Assembly: GCA_964541485.1 (NCBI GenBank)
Contig: CAZIQL010000009.1
Coordinates: 327-64,326 of the forward strand
Source: an uncultured Lachnospiraceae bacterium
GTDB taxonomy: Bacteria > Bacillota > Clostridia > Lachnospirales > Lachnospiraceae
Direction: 5' to 3'
DNA length: 64,000 nt
This document shows, piece after piece, positions 49,881-56,868 of this stretch. The notes below the pieces were generated by a model. That model saw only the letters and a program-made list of their open reading frames with translations, did no database searches and was not told where the DNA came from. The translations under genes were made by a program, and so were the position numbers. The first letter of the stretch is position 1. Every line of letters begins with the position of its first letter.

Positions 49881-50885
49881 TTATACGCTTTCTTTACTTT
49901 CCTTTACAGAATTATCTGCACCCTTTTTCTTCTGATAAATCAGGTAACCGGCAATAGCGCCGCCCCACAGCACTACTACACCGCCAATGATACCAAAAAG
50001 CCACTTACCGAAGTTACCGCCCTTTGTGTCCTTGGAGTCGTCTCCGTTGCTATCGTCACCGGAGCTGTTATCATCGCCGGTGTTATCACCGGAAGTATTT
50101 CCGGAGCCTTCACCGTTGCCGTTGTTGTCTCCGCTTCCGTCTTCACCGGTATTTCCACCCGGAGTATTACCTGTTCCTTCACCATTTCCGATACCATCAC
50201 CTGTGCCTGTTCCGTCTCCAGTATTATCACCGGAAGTTCCTCCCTGGCCACCTTCACCTGTGTTATCGCCCTGGTTTTCGCCGGTTCCATCTCCAGTGTT
50301 ATCACCGGAAGAACCGCCCTGAGCATCTACCGTTCTCTGATTGCCACAGATAGTACAGGTATACGTTGTCACGTCACCTTCTGTCACACCCGCACCCCAT
50401 ACATGCGCGCCGATGTTTACCTTTGTGCTACACTCCGTACATTCATCCCAATGCCAGGTGCCGTCCGTTCTCTTCACCAGCAGATGTTCTTCTTTGTTCT
50501 TTTTTTCTCCGCAGGAGCACTCATCCCAATGATAGGTACTGTCCGCTCCCGGAGTATCATACTTATGTTCCAGATGACGCTCATAACCACACTCCGAACA
50601 GGTCAAATCCGAATCACTGTCAAAGTCATGTGCAATAATATCTAACTTCGCGCCACACTCACACTTCAACCAATGGTAATAATAATTCTGTCCGTACAGA
50701 TTATACGTATGGCTCGCACTTCTTTCATAGCCACAAATATTACAGGTCGTATCGCAATCATAACTATACGTATGTACGTCGCACGGCTCTGCCACATCTG
50801 CATGTGCCGGTATTCTGGAAACACTGCCAAAAAGCAACGCCGCTCCAAATGCCGCCGCCAGTATCCTTCTCAAATTCTTCTTCAT
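49881..50885 (-). CDS. TM-anchored surface protein: a signal peptide, six Cys/His repeat modules, a G/D/N/T/S-rich low-complexity stalk and a C-terminal TM.
   Basis: 334 aa. GGAGGT precedes the ATG. It has alternating modules such as DCDTTCNICGYER and YHWLKCECG. The stalk is DNTGDGTGENQGDNTGEGGQGGTSGDNTGDGTG.... The C-terminal TM is WLFGIIGGVVVLWGGAIAGYLIY. Confidence 0.75.
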   Translation of the reverse strand: MKKNLRRILAAAFGAALLFGSVSRIPAHADVAEPCDVHTYSYDCDTTCNICGYERSASHTYNLYGQNYYYHWLKCECGAKLDIIAHDFDSDSDLTCSECGYERHLEHKYDTPGADSTYHWDECSCGEKKNKEEHLLVKRTDGTWHWDECTECSTKVNIGAHVWGAGVTEGDVTTYTCTICGNQRTVDAQGGSSGDNTGDGTGENQGDNTGEGGQGGTSGDNTGDGTGTGDGIGNGEGTGNTPGGNTGEDGSGDNNGNGEGSGNTSGDNTGDDNSSGDDSNGDDSKDTKGGNFGKWLFGIIGGVVVLWGGAIAGYLIYQKKKGADNSVKESKESV

Positions 50886-50969
50886 TTATTTTACCTCCGG
50901 ATAGGAAATTTGTCTTCGTTTCTTCGCAGAGAATATGTAAAAAATCACACTCCTCCACTATCACACTAT

Positions 50970-50998
50970 ATTTTACCACATTCTCCTTTTTTCGACAA
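50970..50998 (-). promoter_or_regulatory. SigA-type promoter candidate for the 334-aa surface protein gene.
   Basis: The minus strand reads TTGTCG-N17-TAAAAT (-35 at 50993-50998, -10 at 50970-50975), about 85 nt upstream of the start codon. Confidence 0.4.
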
Positions 50999-51010
50999 TG
51001 TATATTTTTC

Positions 51011-51122
51011 AAAACATTCAGCGTAGTTCCATCGGCATATCGCTTCGCGACATGCCGCTTTCAACAACTCCTCAAAAAACATGCAGCGTAGTTCCATCGG
51101 CATATCGCTTCGCGACATGCCG
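51011..51122. repeat. Two direct copies, period 65 bp, of a hairpin-containing element.
   Basis: Positions 51019-51057 and 51084-51122 are identical over 39 nt (CAGCGTAGTTCCATCGGCATATCGCTTCGCGACATGCCG). Each copy contains the imperfect hairpin CGGCATATCGC-TTC-GCGACATGCCG. Both are preceded by AAAACAT(T/G)CAGC, a module that recurs at 51184-51198. Confidence 0.8.
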
Positions 51123-51134
51123 ATGTGGGGCGGC

Positions 51135-51597
51135 GGGGCGTCGTTTCTTCGGACATTACTAAGATTGCCGCTGCAGCCATCTTAAAAAAACATGCAGCAC
51201 CCTACCACAAACTCCGAACTGCAAGGCGACAGGAATAGGTGGGAATAAGGAGACGGAAGCCGAATTGTCTGAGGCGGGAAGGGGAAAGGATGTCTGCAAA
51301 AGGGATGTTACGGAAAGCGTCCGTAGGACGCGATTTTAGAAAAGGCGGTAGAGGCCTCTGGAAAACACGTTTTCCAAGAGCCTCCATCGCCTTTTCATAA
51401 AAGCGCTTCGCACTTTTCCGTAACATCCTCTTATTCAAATGTTTCATCTCCCCGACCGCCGAGTTTTCGGTTCCGTCTCTTTGTTCATGACCACCGGCTG
51501 TCGCCTTGCAGGAGATAAGTTTTTGAGTAGGGTGGCTGCGTTTTTTAAGACAGCTGCAGAGGCAGGAAAGAAGTAAGGTCCGAGGAAACGACGCCCC
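51135..51597. repeat. A 463-bp near-full-length imperfect palindrome with arms of about 230 nt, centred near 51367.
   Basis: Collinear perfectly complementary blocks are 51135-51147 with 51585-51597 (13 bp), 51219-51232 with 51498-51511 (14 bp) and 51303-51316 with 51415-51428 (14 bp). The centre is GGAAAAC-AC-GTTTTCC (51360-51375). The sequence between these blocks is also largely complementary, with mismatches and small indels. Confidence 0.85.
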
Positions 51598-51603
51598 TTG
51601 GTG

Positions 51604-51638
51604 AAACACAAAAGTGAGAGCAGTCCATCACTGCTCCC
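51604..51638 (-). terminator. Rho-independent terminator of the flagellin-fliS operon.
   Basis: On the minus strand GGGAGCAG-loop-CUGCUCUC (one G-U pair) is followed by ACUUUUGUGUUU. It begins 30 nt after the fliS stop. Confidence 0.55.
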
Positions 51639-51667
51639 ACCTTTGCATTAGGATTGTACTTATTATG

Positions 51668-52147
51668 TTAGGCATTAAATCCACGGTTGTAATCCTGTGG
51701 ATTCAAAAAGGCTTCATTAAGCTGACCCTTCCCATAGGTCAGACCTGCATAGACCTGCTGCACATTCTGCATCACAGGTCCGGTCGTATCCTGATTCTTA
51801 ATCCCGTCGAATCCGGCACGCAATTTTTCTATAATCATTTCGACATCTGCAAGCGTTTCTGCGTTTCCGCTCACCCTTGCCTTTGTCAGCATCTTGTTTG
51901 CATAAATATATAAGCTCATCAGATGATAGGAAAGCGGAACAGAAAAGTCCAGTACTCCCATCAGTTCGTTTAAAAACTTTCCGGCATGCGTCAATTCCTT
52001 CTGATATGCCAGGCGGTTCTCTCCCTCTAAAGCCGCCTTTGCCGCCGCGATATCATCTAAAATGATGTCGTACATGATAACAACCAACTCACACGGCGAT
52101 GCCTGGGAAACCCGCAAAGTATAATCTTTGATTCTGTCCTTGGTCAT
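51668..52147 (-). CDS. fliS: Flagellar export chaperone FliS.
   Basis: 159 aa. It has the four-helix FliS pattern (ASPCELVVIMYDIILDDIAAAK...HLMSLYIYANKMLTKA) and lies immediately downstream of flagellin. Confidence 0.8.
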   Translation of the reverse strand: MTKDRIKDYTLRVSQASPCELVVIMYDIILDDIAAAKAALEGENRLAYQKELTHAGKFLNELMGVLDFSVPLSYHLMSLYIYANKMLTKARVSGNAETLADVEMIIEKLRAGFDGIKNQDTTGPVMQNVQQVYAGLTYGKGQLNEAFLNPQDYNRGFNA

Positions 52148-52169
52148 GACTTACCTCCCACACCACCTA

Positions 52170-53630
52170 TCAGCTCTGTAATAAATTAAGGATGTTTTGC
52201 GGTCTTTCATTTGCCTGTGCAAGCATCGAAGTTGCTGCCTGTGTCAGCACCTGAAGCTGTGTATAGGTTGCCATTTCCTCTGCCATGTCAGTATCCTCAA
52301 TACGGGACAATGCTTCCGTTAAGTTTTCTGCGGAAACGTCCAGACTGTTAATCGCATGCTCCAAACGGTTCTGATATGCACCAAGCTTTGCACGTACGGT
52401 GGAAACCTCATTTACGGCCGAGTTAAACAGTGTAATTGCAGCTTCTGCACCTGCCTGTGTACCGATATTGGCATCTTCTATATTTAAAGTTACGGTATCT
52501 ACTCTAGGAATACGGACTTCCATTGTCTGGCCTTCATTTGCGCCAATCTGCAAGGTCATCGGACCCGCATCCAAAACAGTTACCGTTACATCCTTTGCTG
52601 CACCGTCCTTCACCTGGAATACCATTTCAAAATCATCACGGTCTCTGACTGTGACATAATCTCCGTCCACACTGACCGTTGCCGTGTGGGAAAATCCGCC
52701 TTCTTCTGTCATATCAAGAGACACTGTGCCATCCTTACCCAAAGCCAGCTCACCGGACTTGGAAATGCCGAGCATATCTGCGAGCACTTCGTCACAGTGG
52801 ATTTCCAGCTTTGCATCCGTTCCATAATCATCCGTTAAGAAAATCAGGGAATATTCGCTCGGATTTGCTGCTGCCACATCCGCACTTACGGTATCGTAGC
52901 CGCCCACACCGTTTTCATCCTCTGTACCACTGGTAAATCCGACATAAATGCCCATGTTGTCACAGGTGGTTGTCAGCTTATCCAATACATCTGTCAGGGA
53001 ATCCCCTGCGTCAATCGTAATGTCCTGATTGTTGATGGTCATTGTATAGCTTGTCTTATCCGCCGGCACGGTTGCCTGTGTCATCTTATCCGTAATCACG
53101 CGTGCCTGGTCTGCATAATCGCCCACAACCAGCTTATAGCTTCTTACATCCACAGAATCCGATAAGGAAATCAGCTCCACATTGTTGTCACTGGAATAAG
53201 AACGGCGGTCTACCGTACCATCGAGGAGCTTCTTTGTATTAAATTCGGTCGTTTCGGAAATTCGGTTGATTTCGTCCTTTAACTGATCTACCTCCGCCTG
53301 AAGCTGCAGACGGTCTTCATCTGTGGAAGTTCCGTTGGCTGCCTGTACAGATAATTCACGCATTCTCTGTAACATTTCTTCCACTTCTACGAGGGCACCC
53401 TCTGCCGTCTGGATTACAGAAATACCGTCAGACGCATTTCTGGACGCCTGATTTAAGCCTGCAATCTGTGTTTTCATCTTCTGGGAAATAGCAAGACCTG
53501 CAGCATCATCCGCTGCACGATTGATGCGGTAACCGGAAGAGAGTCTTTCCAGACTCTTTTCCAGCGCGCTGTTGTTTTTACCAAGAATATTATTTGTTTT
53601 TAAAGCAGAAATGTTATGGTTAATTCTCAT
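52170..53630 (-). CDS. fliC: Flagellin.
   Basis: 486 aa. It has the conserved N-terminal D0/D1 ([14 protein letters not shown]...[23 protein letters not shown]) and C-terminal D1/D0 ([14 protein letters not shown]...[15 protein letters not shown]) around a variable central domain. Confidence 0.95.
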   Translation of the reverse strand: MRINHNISALKTNNILGKNNSALEKSLERLSSGYRINRAADDAAGLAISQKMKTQIAGLNQASRNASDGISVIQTAEGALVEVEEMLQRMRELSVQAANGTSTDEDRLQLQAEVDQLKDEINRISETTEFNTKKLLDGTVDRRSYSSDNNVELISLSDSVDVRSYKLVVGDYADQARVITDKMTQATVPADKTSYTMTINNQDITIDAGDSLTDVLDKLTTTCDNMGIYVGFTSGTEDENGVGGYDTVSADVAAANPSEYSLIFLTDDYGTDAKLEIHCDEVLADMLGISKSGELALGKDGTVSLDMTEEGGFSHTATVSVDGDYVTVRDRDDFEMVFQVKDGAAKDVTVTVLDAGPMTLQIGANEGQTMEVRIPRVDTVTLNIEDANIGTQAGAEAAITLFNSAVNEVSTVRAKLGAYQNRLEHAINSLDVSAENLTEALSRIEDTDMAEEMATYTQLQVLTQAATSMLAQANERPQNILNLLQS

Positions 53631-53647
53631 TTACGTTTCCTCCATTC

Positions 53648-56600
53648 CTACGCAACATCCGCATCTGCATTTCTTACATGCACTACCAGGGATTTTGCGA
53701 TACGATATAACCTGCTGCTGTCTGTTTCCTGTGTCTCTTCACGTCCCTGTGCATCCTTGTAAATGCCTTCTGTCTGGTAAGAATAAGTGTCCACGCTTAC
53801 TTCTTCCGTTCCGTAATAGATGGAACCTATCTGAATCTGATTCTGGGCAAGAATGCCGAGCAGATTCAGCTGACGGTCTTTCAACGCCTGTGTACCTTCC
53901 CTGGTATCACTGGTGATGAAACATTTTAACTTATTATCCTGAATGGTCGCTTCGCAGGAAATCCTGCCAAGATTCCATGTCGGAATCTCTGCCAGTACCT
54001 TTGCCTTTTCCTCGCCCTTTTCCAGGATGGTCACATTCATGTTTACAATATCATTTCCGGTATCGACCGGTATCTGATAAAATTCTCTCTTACTTAACCG
54101 GTTCATAAAACGGATTCCGATATCCATTTTCTTAATCGACTTTACATCCGGTTTTGTCATAATGGAATCATGCTGCATCCGCGCCTTTAGTTCCTTCGAG
54201 TCATTCGCAAATGCCTGATATGCCTTCTGCATCGTCTCCTTGTCTTCCATTGCCGCAACAAAATCCGGAAGCTCTGCTTCTTCTCCGGTCTCCATATAGT
54301 GGAACCGTTTCCACTCCTTAAAGACAGTCATATCGTTTGCCAAAAGATTTTTTGCCGCTTCGATATTTTCCATGGTAGTCAAAATACTGTAATCTTCAAG
54401 GAAACGGGTCGCATTCACTCCGTCTGCTGCCAGGGTCCGTACTCTGCCGATTTCCTCTGCGGCGCTTTCCTGCCTGTCCGTAGCAAACTCTCTGATAGTA
54501 TTATCGACCGTTTCGGCTAAATTGTTTAGTGCTTCTGCATCTTTTCCCTTCACATTTGCAAGACCTGCCGCAATCTGATCCTCCATCCGGGATTTATCGC
54601 TGGCAAACGGCACCGCCGCCTTAAATGCGTCATTAATTAACGTATTCATGCCCTGCGCCTTTCCGCTTCTGGCTGCGGTAAGTAAGTTCTGCAAGGTCAG
54701 CTCCTGACCGTTCCTAAACACTCCGCCGATGGCCTCTTCCTCAGAACCTCCCACCTGATGGAGCGCACGGTACACACCGATATAAGCCTGCCGTTCCTCC
54801 GGTGTGATTTCCTTGTGCTTTTCCAAATTAATTAAGAAAATACTGTAATTATCGTCTGTTGTAATGCCTTCCTGCTCCTTAATCTCTGCAATCTTTGCAG
54901 AAAGATTCTCAATCGACTCCTCCAGAGGATTAATGCCGTCACGGATCATGCGTACAGTTACTGCCGGATGCAGCTCTTTTAAAACATTCTGCAGCTGTTC
55001 ATCATATGCACGAACCTTTTCCACATTTTCTGCCGTTACTTCCACGGAATTGTAGCCCAGCATTCTTACCGCACGACGGTTTTCCATCGTCGTCTGAAGT
55101 CCGATCTCATGAAGCAGCGTGTCCGCATTGCCGAATGCCTTATGAATATTATCCCCCAACGTCTTGTTTGGTGAAGTCATCACCGTCTCATAGGTCTGGC
55201 TGAACTTGCGGAATGCCGCATCCATTGCTCCCGCCTGATGCAGCTCATTTAATGTAATCCGGCTGCCTGTATCCACCGTATCCACAATCAGGGTTGCCGG
55301 CATGTTTTTAATTTCTTCTAACTTCATGGTAGTGTCGCGCAGCATCGCCATACCTTCCTTGCTCTCTGCCACACCCGCCTGGGTAAAGAAACTGGAGAAG
55401 AAACGGTTTTCAAGCGCACGCAAATTATCAATCAGCTTGCTCATGCTGACTGTATCAATGCGGATACCTTCCTTTGCAAGGCGGTAACCCGCTTCGTATG
55501 TCATCTTCGCTCGGATTTCCTCTAACTGACGACGCGCCCGGATGGATGCCGCCTGGGCAGCTCCCGAGTTTGCAAAATCCTGCAGATAGCTTTCCATGTC
55601 TGCGTTCTTGCTGTCAATGAGTTCCTGTGCCTCATTTAAATCGTTTAAAGAAAGCTCTAATTTATCTCCGGAAACACCCGGCTGTTCGCCGGCTTTTTTG
55701 GTTGCCGCATAATTTACCGCATCCTGTGTTACCGCTCCGGTCTTTTTAATAATCTGGCGGACTTCCTTTGCCGTATTGGAAAGAAGATTCGTGTTCTTCG
55801 GATCCTGCCCTACAGAGAGCGCATCTACCGTCTTCTGAAGCACGTCTTCTTCGGAAAGATTAATCTTTGCAAGCAAGCTGTAGGAACGCAGATTATCTAC
55901 TGTGAGCGGAATATCCTTCTTTACAAAGGTCTGAGCCGCCTCAATCATCTGGTTATTTGCACGCAGCCCCGCCTGGAACAAAAGATGGGTTACCTTTGGC
56001 TCTAGCTGCGCCCATGCTTCTGCTGTCAGGGCATGCTCTTTTCTCTGATAACTCTGTGCCGCCGAACGCGCCGCTGCCACGTTCTCAAGCGTCGGTGCCA
56101 GCTTGTTTCGCACCATGTATTCGCATTCGGTTGGTGTCAGCTTCACACCACCCGCTGCCTTCTCTAACGCCACCGCTACCTTCTCTAAATTAGCCTGTGT
56201 CACAGGAAGATTTGCCTTTAATAATTTTTCTGCAATCAGCTCTGCCTTCGGATTGCCCGCCAGCTGCTTAATCGCCTGTTCAATAACCGCCGCTCGCTGT
56301 GCCTCAATCTGCTCTACCTGACCCTCTATCGCGCCCTGTGCCAGTTCCTGCTGCAGCTTAATACGTTCCATTGCAGCCTCTAACTGCTCTGCTGTCATCT
56401 CATCCACCGGAAATCCCTCGCTCTGAAGCTTTGCCATATCAGACTCCGTCATTCTTCCGGAAACATTATTTAAGCGCTCCTGATTCTTTTCCGCTTCTGT
56501 TCCCTCTTCCTTTGCCTCTTTTGCATTCTCCGCCGGATCCATTCCGTTCTTGGAATAAATATCGGAGGTCTGCTGCTGCTTTAAATCAACCTCTTCCGTA

Positions 56601-56728
56601 TATAAAATAGCCTCTGCAACAGAAGAGGTCTGCTGTGCTCCCATGGTCTTTTCTGTCTGCGTTACAACACCTTTATTCTGTTCATTCTGCTTTACGCCGT
56701 AAGCTGCGAAAACATCTGCTATATTCAT
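53648..56728 (-). CDS. Large alpha-helical, acidic protein with a FliK-like (Flg_hook-like) C-terminal region. It is a possible hook-length-control or flagellar accessory protein.
   Basis: The likely start is the ATG at 56728 (MNIADVFAAYG). It is about 1026 aa. The C-terminal AKVLAEIPTWNLGRISCEATIQDNKLKCFITSDTREGTQALKDRQLNLLGILAQNQIQIGSIYY follows the FliK C-terminal pattern (LxPxxLGxvxvxlxxxxgxlxvxfxa....L......L...L...G). A sigma-28-like promoter lies upstream and flagellin starts 17 nt downstream. Confidence 0.5.
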   Translation of the reverse strand: MNIADVFAAYGVKQNEQNKGVVTQTEKTMGAQQTSSVAEAILYTEEVDLKQQQTSDIYSKNGMDPAENAKEAKEEGTEAEKNQERLNNVSGRMTESDMAKLQSEGFPVDEMTAEQLEAAMERIKLQQELAQGAIEGQVEQIEAQRAAVIEQAIKQLAGNPKAELIAEKLLKANLPVTQANLEKVAVALEKAAGGVKLTPTECEYMVRNKLAPTLENVAAARSAAQSYQRKEHALTAEAWAQLEPKVTHLLFQAGLRANNQMIEAAQTFVKKDIPLTVDNLRSYSLLAKINLSEEDVLQKTVDALSVGQDPKNTNLLSNTAKEVRQIIKKTGAVTQDAVNYAATKKAGEQPGVSGDKLELSLNDLNEAQELIDSKNADMESYLQDFANSGAAQAASIRARRQLEEIRAKMTYEAGYRLAKEGIRIDTVSMSKLIDNLRALENRFFSSFFTQAGVAESKEGMAMLRDTTMKLEEIKNMPATLIVDTVDTGSRITLNELHQAGAMDAAFRKFSQTYETVMTSPNKTLGDNIHKAFGNADTLLHEIGLQTTMENRRAVRMLGYNSVEVTAENVEKVRAYDEQLQNVLKELHPAVTVRMIRDGINPLEESIENLSAKIAEIKEQEGITTDDNYSIFLINLEKHKEITPEERQAYIGVYRALHQVGGSEEEAIGGVFRNGQELTLQNLLTAARSGKAQGMNTLINDAFKAAVPFASDKSRMEDQIAAGLANVKGKDAEALNNLAETVDNTIREFATDRQESAAEEIGRVRTLAADGVNATRFLEDYSILTTMENIEAAKNLLANDMTVFKEWKRFHYMETGEEAELPDFVAAMEDKETMQKAYQAFANDSKELKARMQHDSIMTKPDVKSIKKMDIGIRFMNRLSKREFYQIPVDTGNDIVNMNVTILEKGEEKAKVLAEIPTWNLGRISCEATIQDNKLKCFITSDTREGTQALKDRQLNLLGILAQNQIQIGSIYYGTEEVSVDTYSYQTEGIYKDAQGREETQETDSSRLYRIAKSLVVHVRNADADVA

Positions 56729-56776
56729 TCTAATTCCCCGTTTCTGCGGACACCCCGCCAAATACTGTTATCATCT

Positions 56777-56804
56777 ATTTCGGCAACGGGGGCCGTTTTC
56801 TTAA
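56777..56804 (-). promoter_or_regulatory. SigD/sigma-28-type promoter candidate.
   Basis: The minus strand reads TAAG-N15-GCCGAAAT, against the B. subtilis SigD consensus TAAA-N15-GCCGATAT. It lies about 50 nt upstream of the 56728 start. Confidence 0.5.
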
Positions 56805-56868
56805 CATAAAGCAAGGGGATAATTTCATATAGTAGAAGAAGGAAATTTAAGAAAGGACTTTTGAATAA

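Noticed and set aside
49875-50645. 256-aa plus-strand ORF and several 60-116-aa ORFs on both strands inside the 334-aa surface protein gene.
   Set aside because: They are an artefact of the periodic GGN/GAY/ACN low-complexity tract, which keeps several frames open. Only the minus-strand frame with a signal peptide, Cys modules and a TM anchor is coherent.
51011-51122. Possible CRISPR array.
   Set aside because: There are only two repeat copies. The repeat is itself a hairpin embedded in a larger mosaic. No cas genes are present, and the 26-nt spacer between the copies has nothing to compare against. It is not a CRISPR.
51202-51609. 135-aa minus-strand ORF within the giant palindrome.
   Set aside because: It spans both arms of a non-coding-looking palindrome, has no RBS and is Arg/Ser/Leu/Cys-biased. 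An ORF in a palindrome is expected by chance once one arm is open. I kept it only as a caveat.
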